The translations under genes and the position numbers were made by a program. From Candidatus Wukongarchaeum yapensis (GTDB taxonomy: Archaea; Asgardarchaeota; Wukongarchaeia; Wukongarchaeales; Wukongarchaeaceae), in contig JAEOSI010000005.1 in NCBI GenBank assembly GCA_016840425.1, positions 1 to 24,352 of the forward strand: 24,352 bases of DNA, read 5' to 3'. The notes under the pieces were generated by a model. That model was not told where the DNA came from. It saw only the letters and a program-made list of their open reading frames with translations, and ran no database searches. Each line of letters starts with the position of its first letter. The first letter of the stretch is position 1. Shown in pieces: positions 16,643 through 24,352 of the stretch.

Positions 16643-17428
16643 TTATTTTTTGTTTTTTGCCATTGCTATGCGGTTTGCGATTAGGGCGGCTGTTGCTCCT
16701 GCTCCAAAACCGTTATCTATGTTTACTATCACAAGGCCTGGGGAGCATGATTGTAGCATGGTGGTTAGGGCGCCTATGCCTTTTTCTCCGAGACCGTAGC
16801 CTGTGGAGGTGGGTACGCCTATTACGGGGATGTCGATAAGACCGGCGATTACGGAAGGGAGGGCGCCTTCCATACCTGCTATGACTACTATGCATTCTAC
16901 TTCTTCTTTTATTATTTGTTTTAGCGGTTCTATGAGCCTGTGGATTCCCGCTATTCCTACGTCTTGGGCTGTGATGACATCGCATCCCATGAGTTCTGCG
17001 GTTGTTTTTACTTCTTCTGATACTGGAAGATCTGATGATCCTGCGGTTATTATGGCGATTTTCCCTCCGGTTTTTTTAATTTGGAATCCGGGGTTTTTTA
17101 CGATGGCAAGCTTGCCTGTCTTGTTTATTTCTACTTTTAATCCTTTTTCTTCGAGTTTCTTAATCGCTTTTACATGCTTTTTCTTTAGGCGGGTGATTAA
17201 TACTATGCCTTTTTTTTCAACTATTTTTTCCGCGATGTTTGTTAAAATTTTTGGCTCTTTTTTTAAGGCCATGATCGCTTCTGGTATGCCGCTTCTTATT
17301 TCACGGTTTATATCGAGGCAAGCTATTTCCCCTATTCTCTCGATATAATCAGTTTTAATTGTTTTTTCAGCATCTTCGAGGGTGATTTGGCCTGAAACCA
17401 GCCTACTTAAAATCTCTCTAAGATTCAA
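16643..17428 (-). CDS. larB: Nickel-pincer (NPN) cofactor biosynthesis carboxylase/hydrolase LarB
   Basis: DINREIRSGIPEAI, TAGSSDLPVSEE, DVGIAGIHRL, AGMEGALPSVIAGL, PTSTGYG and MLQSCSPGLVIVNIDNGFGAG. Confidence 0.93.
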   Translation of the reverse strand: MNLREILSRLVSGQITLEDAEKTIKTDYIERIGEIACLDINREIRSGIPEAIMALKKEPKILTNIAEKIVEKKGIVLITRLKKKHVKAIKKLEEKGLKVEINKTGKLAIVKNPGFQIKKTGGKIAIITAGSSDLPVSEEVKTTAELMGCDVITAQDVGIAGIHRLIEPLKQIIKEEVECIVVIAGMEGALPSVIAGLIDIPVIGVPTSTGYGLGEKGIGALTTMLQSCSPGLVIVNIDNGFGAGATAALIANRIAMAKNKK

Positions 17429-17436
17429 ACCATTAT

Positions 17437-18666
17437 TCAGCTCCCAAACGTTTTTCGAGCTTTTTCTTCCACATTTTCTTTGATTACTCTGAGGGGTAGT
17501 TGTAATTTTTCAGCGATTTTCTGGCAATCTTCGTACTCTGCTTTGACCTGGATGATCTTATCTTCATTGTTACGGGAAAGTTTAACTCGAACCTTTTCTC
17601 CTTCATAGTCTATTTCGAGGATTTCTCTTTTACAGATGTTACGTGTGCAGATTGTTTGACGAACGCCCAACGTCCCTGTTTCCTTCATTAGGGTCTCTGT
17701 GAGGTTTTCTGCATCTTTTGGACGGCAAATTACTTGTACTACTTGGCTGGGTCGCGATTTTTTGCCGACTGCAGGGATTATTATGACATCTAAAGCCCCT
17801 TGATTCATTACTTGTTTTGCAGCATAAGCCAAAATTTCTCCGCTAAGATCATCCACATTTGTTTCTAATACCGTGATTGTTTCTTGCAGCAATTTTTGGG
17901 TTTTTTCCCCTTCTATAATCCGTAAAACATTAGCTATAGGGTATTTTTTTGAACCAGCACCATGCCCTATTCGCTCTACAGTCATTGAAGGCACATTTTT
18001 GCTTTGTGTTTCCACCAAGTTTGCAAGGATAGCAATCCCTGTAGGCGTTGTTAACTCGCCTTCCACAGGACCTCCGATTATCTCTAAGGAAGATTTGGTC
18101 AAAATTTCGAGGGTTGTTGGGGCGGGTACAGGAAGTTTACCGTGGGAGCTTTCAAAGTAGCCGCTTCCAACGGCTATAAGGGAGCAGAAGACCGATGAAT
18201 CTTTGAAGAAACCGATTTCATCGCATAAAACAGCGGTTCCTAAGACATCGAGGCAAGTGTCAAGAGTTCCTAATTCGTGAAGATGAGGGTGTCCATGGTA
18301 GTTTTGATTTTCTTCTTCTTTTCCATGGACTTTTTTTTCAGCTTCAAGAAGGGTTTGGATTACGGATTCTGCGAAATTTTCCGCTTTTTTTGAAATTGAA
18401 AGCATTTTAGAGGCTTCTTTTGTTATTTTTATCAGGTCTTCTGATTCTACTTTCACTTCAAAACCTTCAGCGATAATCTTAGTGGCAAGAATCCCCTTTC
18501 TATGAACTTTTTTTGCAGAGATTTTCACCCTAGCCCCAGTTATCTCTTCTAAAGTTTTACAAACTTTGTTTAAGGGCTCTATGTCGCCAGCCAAGTCGAC
18601 AAGGGCTCCAAGCATCATATCTCCAGCGACACCAGCAAGAGAGGCATCAATATAAAAACACTTCAA
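17437..18666 (-). CDS. larC: Nickel-pincer cofactor nickel insertase LarC
   Basis: AGVAGDMMLGALVDL, His-rich VHG...HGHPHLHELG, SHGKLPVPAPTT, ELTTPTGIA, ETNVDDLSGE, KKSRPS, ETGTLGVR and KAEYEDC. Single uninterrupted ORF. Confidence 0.93.
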   Translation of the reverse strand: MKCFYIDASLAGVAGDMMLGALVDLAGDIEPLNKVCKTLEEITGARVKISAKKVHRKGILATKIIAEGFEVKVESEDLIKITKEASKMLSISKKAENFAESVIQTLLEAEKKVHGKEEENQNYHGHPHLHELGTLDTCLDVLGTAVLCDEIGFFKDSSVFCSLIAVGSGYFESSHGKLPVPAPTTLEILTKSSLEIIGGPVEGELTTPTGIAILANLVETQSKNVPSMTVERIGHGAGSKKYPIANVLRIIEGEKTQKLLQETITVLETNVDDLSGEILAYAAKQVMNQGALDVIIIPAVGKKSRPSQVVQVICRPKDAENLTETLMKETGTLGVRQTICTRNICKREILEIDYEGEKVRVKLSRNNEDKIIQVKAEYEDCQKIAEKLQLPLRVIKENVEEKARKTFGS

Positions 18667-18695
18667 CTTTTATCCCAACAACCTAAAAACGGCCT

Positions 18696-19526
18696 TTAGA
18701 GGACCAAGTTAAGAGAGCCTGTTTTATAGCCTTCTATATCAAAACATATGTAAGTAAAACCCAGATTTTTTAATTTATCGGCGATTTTTTCAAATAGCTC
18801 TATGTTGAAAAGTTTTTCTCGTTCATTCTTTCCCACCTCTATACGGGCAAGCCCTTCATGATCCCTAACCCTTAAAACCCGTATTTTAGCTACCTCTTTA
18901 ATGAACTTTTCAGCCTCCCCAATTCTCCTGAGTTTCCCCTCTGTTATCTTACTACCGTAAGGAATTCTTGAAGCCAAACAGGCAGATGAAGGCTTTCCTG
19001 CGACATTTTTCAAGCCAAAGCCTAAAGCAAGGAGCCTCACTTCTTCTTTAGTTACACCCGCTTCAGCAAAAGGGCTTAAAACACCATGCTCTTTTAAGGC
19101 TTGAATTCCCGGTCGATAATCTCCTTCTACGTCAGAAGCATTGGTACCATCCACTATTAAATCACAACCCTCAGCACGAGCGACTTCTTCCAGCTTTTCA
19201 AGAATTTGTTTTTTACAGTAATAACACCGGTTAACAGGGTTTGAAACAAAGTTTGGATCCTTAAGCGAATCAACCTTAACAACTATATGCTTTACGTTTA
19301 AATTTTCAGCAAAAACTCTTGCTTCTTCAATCTCACCTAAGGGAAAAATAACCGAATCCACAGTAACAGCAACAACCTTACTACAAAATCTTTCCGCTAA
19401 AAATAAGAGTAAAGAACTATCAACCCCCCCAGAAAAACCAACAAGAACACGCCTACCTTCCAAAAAAGCACGCAACTTTTGCAACTTGCCAGCCAACAGT
19501 GAATCCTCTAAAGGAATTACAGACAT
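18696..19526 (-). CDS. larE: ATP-dependent sulfur transferase LarE
   Basis: PP-loop GFSGGVDSS, NRCYYCKK, DGTNASD, DYRPGIQA, SSACLASRIPYG, RVRDH and GYKTGSLN. Confidence 0.93.
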   Translation of the reverse strand: MSVIPLEDSLLAGKLQKLRAFLEGRRVLVGFSGGVDSSLLLFLAERFCSKVVAVTVDSVIFPLGEIEEARVFAENLNVKHIVVKVDSLKDPNFVSNPVNRCYYCKKQILEKLEEVARAEGCDLIVDGTNASDVEGDYRPGIQALKEHGVLSPFAEAGVTKEEVRLLALGFGLKNVAGKPSSACLASRIPYGSKITEGKLRRIGEAEKFIKEVAKIRVLRVRDHEGLARIEVGKNEREKLFNIELFEKIADKLKNLGFTYICFDIEGYKTGSLNLVL

Positions 19527-19593
19527 TTTAAAAAACCCGCCTTAAAAAAAGATGGAGTTTACTTTAAGATAAGTCTTTACTTTCAGAAATAAA

Positions 19594-19695
19594 AGAAACA
19601 GCATAAAGAAAAACAAAACTAAAAAAGAGAAAACAACTAGGCCTAACTATTCTAAAGCAATAAAAAAAAGAGAACAGAAACAGCATAAAGAAAAA
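19594..19695. repeat. 20-bp direct repeat AGAAACAGCATAAAGAAAAA x2 in the cdhB-larE spacer (U-rich on the transcribed strand; terminator-like)
   Basis: Identical copies at 19594-19613 and 19676-19695. Confidence 0.75.
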
Positions 19696-19702
19696 AAGAT
19701 TT

Positions 19703-20215
19703 TTATATGGATTCTAGAACGGTTTTCATTTCTTTTAGCCATCTTTGCTCTCTTGGATTTGCAAAACTGTAGTCCGCATTTGGCTGGTGGTATCTGTTTA
19801 GGGAGATCTTTTTTAGGTCTGTCGCATAATGTTTTATAGCTGATAGCATCTGGCTTTGATGATAGTAGTATCCTCCAAAGTAAATCAGTAAGTCGAAAGA
19901 CTCCTTTCCTTCTACATTTCTCCACCCGCGAGATAATTTGGAAGTAACCTCTGTTAAACCAAGGATCATGTCAGGTTTTATCCCGTCTTCTAGAAAGGTT
20001 TTATTGGCTATAGGTGTAAAAACAACTGTTCCGTCTTTCTCTTTTATCTTATTTATGAAAGTTTTCGCGATTTCAAGCTCATAGTCTTCTAGTTTACCCA
20101 CGATCAATAGAGGGTGAGCGGACTCTTTAAGTATTTCAACAAGCTTTTCTGCCTTGAGCTTTTTTGCCACTATATGCCCTGGAACGTTTGCTATTTGCCA
20201 AGGAGTTACAGACAT
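19703..20215 (-). CDS. cdhB: CO dehydrogenase/acetyl-CoA synthase complex epsilon subunit
   Basis: PWQIANVPG, HPLLIVG, GGYYYHQSQMLSAIKHY and SLNRYHQPNADYSFAN; located immediately downstream of cdhA. Confidence 0.9.
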   Translation of the reverse strand: MSVTPWQIANVPGHIVAKKLKAEKLVEILKESAHPLLIVGKLEDYELEIAKTFINKIKEKDGTVVFTPIANKTFLEDGIKPDMILGLTEVTSKLSRGWRNVEGKESFDLLIYFGGYYYHQSQMLSAIKHYATDLKKISLNRYHQPNADYSFANPREQRWLKEMKTVLESI

Positions 20216-20260
20216 TTTTGCTACCTCTTTAAAAATTTTTATTAGCTCTCTATAAAAATT

Positions 20261-22603
20261 TTAAGTTTTTGGTTTCCTGACAAGCCTTTCAAGCAATGTT
20301 GGATCCGGTATCGGTGTTGGCTTCCAATCAAATTTCGCCAAATGCTCTTGGATCTCATGCATCACGGTTTTCGGTATATCACTTTCAGATCTTACGAAGT
20401 AGTGGATATCATCAGGAAACGTGCCGATATATCGCTTATGTAAATCGACATAATGGGCTAGTTTTATCTGTCTTCCTTTTGTTGTATCGTTGGCCCTTAT
20501 GCAAAGTTTAGCGATTAATGGCACAGCTTCTTCTAACGATTCTGCGGGATATAGCAAGTGTTCAGGCGCCGGGCCGATATACGTTTTTTCACCAGTTCTA
20601 GCGTTAAATACCTGCCACTTGGAATCGTCATCTTTATCACCCATAAAACTCCGCCTATACTTTGACCCGTGAGGTCCTATCACTACCGGCACGCCGATCC
20701 GGTTAAATCCTGTAGCTATTGATGCAGCTTTCTGGCTCATAGCACCCCAAGCAACTCCACAAGCGCCTACCCTGTGAAGGATATAGTCAGCTATCTCTTC
20801 AAAGTTGTTTTTCAGGGGTCGCCTTGCAAAAATAGCCGCAATTTTTATCGCTGCTCCAGCTATGTTAGAGTTGGAGACACAAGAACCGACGTTAACTATG
20901 CCTGAAGCATCGAAATCTCCTGGATACTCTTCATACAAACATTGGCCTTCTTCGTTCAACTGCCAGCCTGTATCCATGGCTGCACAACCACTGGTGGTGA
21001 TGATATATCTTCTGCGTGCAAACTCTCTGATCAGGTTTGGTACGTCTTGTTCGGTTTCTGGGTAGTTCATGCAACCTACCACGCCTAGAACTCCCGGTAT
21101 TTCGCCTAAAACGATGGCGCTACCTACTGCCCTTATTTCAACATCGCTTATCGCGCCTCTTCCAGCGCGCATTTTGAACTTCAGCGTTTTTGTTCTCCTT
21201 TCGTCAGCTTTCGTAATTAGACCCATTATAGGGATGTCTTTTGGACATTCTTGTTCACATCTTAAGCATCCAAGACAGTGATCGAAAAGTTTTGCAAGGG
21301 GTTCATAATCACCTTCTTTTCCCGCTTTCATTGCGTAAGGTATTTTCAAATCGTTGGGGCATACACGTCTACACCGTCCGCATTCAATGCATAGATCGAT
21401 AAACTCTTTGAACTCCTCATCAGAGGGAATAGTCTTTTTCTTCTGTCGTAGAGGGGCTAATTTCAAAGCTGTTTTTACAGCTACTTCGCCAACTTTTTCC
21501 TCGTCAAATATCACTGCGCCGGGTAATTTTCCACTAGCAAATCCTTCAACGATTTTATCAGGATCCTCCTCTGTCATGTCGGGGAAACCATAACATACTT
21601 TCGCCGTTGTAGCTATGACAGGTGCTCCTATTTTCGCAGCTTCTTCAGGAATATTAGCTCTGATACACTGCTCATCCACCACTACTACATCAGGTACACC
21701 GCTTCTTATGAATTTGAGTTGATGGCTCATAGAACCAACCACTTTAGCGGTTTTCCGATATCTTGACATGTCAATTGCGGTACAACATATTGCACATACT
21801 TCTATATTATCCTCTTGACCCATAGTCTCCAAATAATCCATAATTTCTGCTCCGGGAGCAACATTGTGGCCAACACAGAGAATTACGGGTTTTTCCACGT
21901 TAATTACTCCGTAACCTAACTCGATCAGGGGAGCTTCTGGATCAGCCTTTGGAAATCCCAAAGCAGCAATCTGCACGATGTCCGCTAATTCCATGGCAAG
22001 TAGATCCAACATTCCGGCGTGTAATGCTTTTGATTCGAAGTCTAAGGCGCTTCCTTCTTGACCTGTGTGGACTGCTGCGAGAAGTTGGGTTATTTGTTCT
22101 TCTACGTACTCCATTGGTTCCTCTAGGTCTCCGATGGTTTCTGGTTTTATTCCGCATACCAGCCTTGTTACTGGTGCTTCGATGTTGACGCCTTCTCCCA
22201 TGCTGATTGGGATGTTTCTTCCGTATTTTTCAATATAATAATCTAAAAGATGTCTTCCGTGTGCTGCGTGGCAAGATACACCTATACAACAAGCTAGCAA
22301 AATTATTCTTCCTTGTTGCGCTGAGGTGTCTATTCCGCAAGCTCCTCGTTTTCCAGCGGTTAAATCGCATTTGCCGAAGGTACATAGTTCGCATGAATCA
22401 GTAAATGGGGCGTAGAACATAGGATACCGCTTTAATAATTTAAAATCCCATCCGCGAAGGTCTTCAACTTTTGGAAAAGGTGTTGGTCCTGATACTTCGT
22501 CTAGCTCTGTTGTTACGAGACTACCGATCGAAATCTCAAAATCTTCTGCACGTAGTGCTGGAATTTCCAGCTTGCCCATTTTTGCTTTTATTTTTCGTCC
22601 CAA
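20261..22603 (-). CDS. cdhA: CO dehydrogenase/acetyl-CoA synthase complex alpha subunit (archaeal Ni-CODH)
   Basis: CELCTFGKC, GVSCHAAHGRHL, VGHNV, ICCTAID, DEQC, two ferredoxin motifs CIECGRCRRVCP and CLGCLRCEQECP, GCMNYP, SGC, GSCVSN and WGAMSQKAASIATG. Confidence 0.97.
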   Translation of the reverse strand: MGRKIKAKMGKLEIPALRAEDFEISIGSLVTTELDEVSGPTPFPKVEDLRGWDFKLLKRYPMFYAPFTDSCELCTFGKCDLTAGKRGACGIDTSAQQGRIILLACCIGVSCHAAHGRHLLDYYIEKYGRNIPISMGEGVNIEAPVTRLVCGIKPETIGDLEEPMEYVEEQITQLLAAVHTGQEGSALDFESKALHAGMLDLLAMELADIVQIAALGFPKADPEAPLIELGYGVINVEKPVILCVGHNVAPGAEIMDYLETMGQEDNIEVCAICCTAIDMSRYRKTAKVVGSMSHQLKFIRSGVPDVVVVDEQCIRANIPEEAAKIGAPVIATTAKVCYGFPDMTEEDPDKIVEGFASGKLPGAVIFDEEKVGEVAVKTALKLAPLRQKKKTIPSDEEFKEFIDLCIECGRCRRVCPNDLKIPYAMKAGKEGDYEPLAKLFDHCLGCLRCEQECPKDIPIMGLITKADERRTKTLKFKMRAGRGAISDVEIRAVGSAIVLGEIPGVLGVVGCMNYPETEQDVPNLIREFARRRYIITTSGCAAMDTGWQLNEEGQCLYEEYPGDFDASGIVNVGSCVSNSNIAGAAIKIAAIFARRPLKNNFEEIADYILHRVGACGVAWGAMSQKAASIATGFNRIGVPVVIGPHGSKYRRSFMGDKDDDSKWQVFNARTGEKTYIGPAPEHLLYPAESLEEAVPLIAKLCIRANDTTKGRQIKLAHYVDLHKRYIGTFPDDIHYFVRSESDIPKTVMHEIQEHLAKFDWKPTPIPDPTLLERLVRKPKT

Positions 22604-22967
22604 AAAAATCCCTCATTATTGTTTTTGATTTTGACAAAAATTTGTATAAAGAACCAAAGTTTTTAAATTATTTCATATCTGCTTATATTTAAGATTTGTC
22701 TTTATGGTTTTTGCTTTATTCTAAATGTTTTGTAAAAAAAATTTTTCCTCAGTTTAAATTTAAGTAAGGATAACTCTATCGTATGTTATTAGTTATAGAA
22801 AGTTACTATTTAAATATTATGAAAAAGTTGTTTTTTATTAATAAAAAATAGTTTATAATTAATAAATTAAAAGATGAAGAAACTAAGTTTAAACACGTAA
22901 AAAACAAAAAATTCAATAATTCTAAACTTTATATTTTCTTTAATTTTCTCAAAAAGAGAGGGTTTTT

Positions 22968-23489
22968 TTGAGATTAAAGAAAGTGATAATTATTTCTGGA
23001 ACGCCTGGAACTGGAAAAACAGTCCTTGGAAAAGCGCTTGTAAAAGAAGGTAAAAAGGGTGAACATTTAGAACTTGGTGAGATGATAAAAAAGGAAGGGT
23101 TGTACCTTGGATACGACCATGGAAGGGACACGCTTATAATGGATGAAGAAAAGTTCCGAGAAAAAATTAGAGAGATCATGGAAAGGGAAGGGGAAGAAAA
23201 AGAGGGGTTTCTGGTTATGGATGGCCATGTATCAGATCTGATATCTAAAGACCTTGTTGACTTAGTTATCGTTCTTAAGTGTAACCCGAAGGTTTTACGT
23301 GAAAGATTAAAGGAAAAGGGTTATTTTGAGGAGAAAATTGAGGAGAATGTTGAAGCAGAGATTATGGAAATATGCTTGAACGATGCTTTAGAAGCTTTTG
23401 GGGAAGAAAAAATATTGGTTATAGATACAAGCATAAACTCCTTAGAGGAAGCTGTGGAAATAGTAATAGAAAAATTATTAGAATGTTGA
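22968..23489 (+). CDS. Atypical adenylate kinase, AK6/Fap7 (hCINAP) family
   Basis: IISGTPGTGKT P-loop, VMDGH (hhhDxH), VIVLKCNPKVLRERL..KGY and KIEENVEAE. Confidence 0.9.
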   Translation: MRLKKVIIISGTPGTGKTVLGKALVKEGKKGEHLELGEMIKKEGLYLGYDHGRDTLIMDEEKFREKIREIMEREGEEKEGFLVMDGHVSDLISKDLVDLVIVLKCNPKVLRERLKEKGYFEEKIEENVEAEIMEICLNDALEAFGEEKILVIDTSINSLEEAVEIVIEKLLEC

Positions 23490-23816
23490 TTTTCCAAAGC
23501 TGAAAAAGAAGCCATCTACATCATGGCCTGCATAGGCAGTAAAAGCGTTGGTGTTGGAAGGGTTCATCTTAATTTTGAAAAGGAAGCACAAATTAGATAA
23601 ATGACAGTTGAAGAAGAATACAGAGGAAAAGGAATCGGAAGCCTAATCTTAAAAGAACTAGGAAAAAAAGCAAAAGAAACAGGTGCAGAATATATAGTAT
23701 TAAACGCAATAGAAAATGCGTTAGAATTTTATAAAAAACACGGTTACAAAACAGTAAAAAGAGCTCAGGCATTATTTGGGTCCATATAGTACTGGAAGAT
23801 GCAAAAGAGATTATGA
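23490..23816 (+). pseudogene. GNAT N-acetyltransferase pseudogene (5'-truncated, two in-frame stops)
   Basis: One frame reads AIYIMACIGSKSVGVGRVHLNFEKEAQIR*MTVEEEYRGKGIG...LNAIENALEFYKKHGY...LFGSI*YWKMQKRL*, with TAA at 23598-23600 and TAG at 23787-23789 inside the fold. Confidence 0.8.
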
Positions 23817-23940
23817 CTATTTTTTAATAAATTAGCATATCTCTAAAAATACAATGTTCAACTTCAAAAACAAAAACTCAAATTTTTCCATAGCAAAAGC
23901 TTATTCAATGCTGAAAAGAAACGAGGATGATCGATAATTT

Positions 23941-24261
23941 ATGAGCGCTTTTAACCCAAAAATCCGAATTTCAAAAGATCCCGATTTCAAGCAAGTTTAT
24001 GCGACTGGCCTTCAAGGCAGTCACACACCTTTTGACTTCCGCCTAGCTTTTCACAATGAATCTATAAATTGGGAAGAGACAACCCCCGGAGAGAGATTAA
24101 TCATAGATCGAGAATTTAAAGTAGAGGTTATTTTATCGCCTTTCGGCGCTAAACAGGTCATGTTATGGCTTAAACGGCATGTAGAGGAATATGAGAAAAA
24201 GTACGGCAAAATAAAAGCACAAAAACCTGAAGAAGGCGGAGAACCAGGCTACATAACCTAA
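23941..24261 (+). CDS. DUF3467-like small protein
   Basis: VYATG...FDFRLAF...EVILSPFGAKQVMLWLKRHVEEYEKKYGKI matches my recollection of the DUF3467 pattern (vY.N...eF.l.F...vilsP..aK.l...L...i..YE..yG.I). Confidence 0.7.
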   Translation: MSAFNPKIRISKDPDFKQVYATGLQGSHTPFDFRLAFHNESINWEETTPGERLIIDREFKVEVILSPFGAKQVMLWLKRHVEEYEKKYGKIKAQKPEEGGEPGYIT

Positions 24262-24352
24262 AATATGAGATGTATCGAGAAATAATATTCTAAACTTTAA
24301 CATTCTTTTACGCTGTCTTTTTTTCTTAATTTTAAAACTCTGTGATTTCTCC

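Noticed and set aside
3813-19695. Short direct repeats (3813-3832, 13923-13958, 19594-19695) as CRISPR arrays
   Set aside because: Only two copies each, no regular unique spacers and no cas genes.
16657-22692. Many short opposite-strand or alternate-frame ORFs within the lar and cdh genes
   Set aside because: All are nested in strongly supported conserved genes and show no motifs.
22604-22967. Very AT-rich 360-bp spacer as a replication origin or ncRNA
   Set aside because: No ORB-like repeats, adjacent cdc6/orc1 or stable structure seen. It is consistent with divergent promoters for cdhA and AK6.
23787-23789. In-frame TAG in the GNAT gene as pyrrolysine read-through
   Set aside because: The same frame also has a TAA and lacks an N-terminus, and there are no pyl genes in the window. 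A pseudogene is more parsimonious.

Overview
AT-rich archaeal chromosomal window, most likely from an Asgard archaeon. This is inferred from a Lokiactin-type actin signature, the archaeal CdhA/CdhB subunits and AK6/Fap7. The key feature is missing from the supplied ORF track because it runs off the left edge: a minus-strand ORF (1713 to <1, at least 571 aa) encoding a circularly permuted actin. It starts at actin residue ~72, runs through the actin C-terminus, continues via a short linker into actin residues ~1-74, and ends in a charged linker plus a further beta-rich domain. Catalytic and phosphate-binding residues are degenerate while the D-loop is intact. The rest of the window holds a maltokinase/APH-like kinase, a solo tnpB (IS1341-type) element with a rearranged RuvC-II site, two tandem CDF transporters and a 355-bp tnpB-derived mini-element at the second CDF stop codon. 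These are followed by an M42 aminopeptidase, two TPR/alpha-SNAP-like proteins, argG and a co-oriented minus-strand block (cdhA-cdhB-larE-larC-larB, a Cys-to-Ser transglutaminase-like surface protein, a YkgJ-family protein, glycerate 2-kinase). It ends with AK6, a GNAT pseudogene and a DUF3467-like gene. All family calls come from motif recognition by eye; no searches were run.
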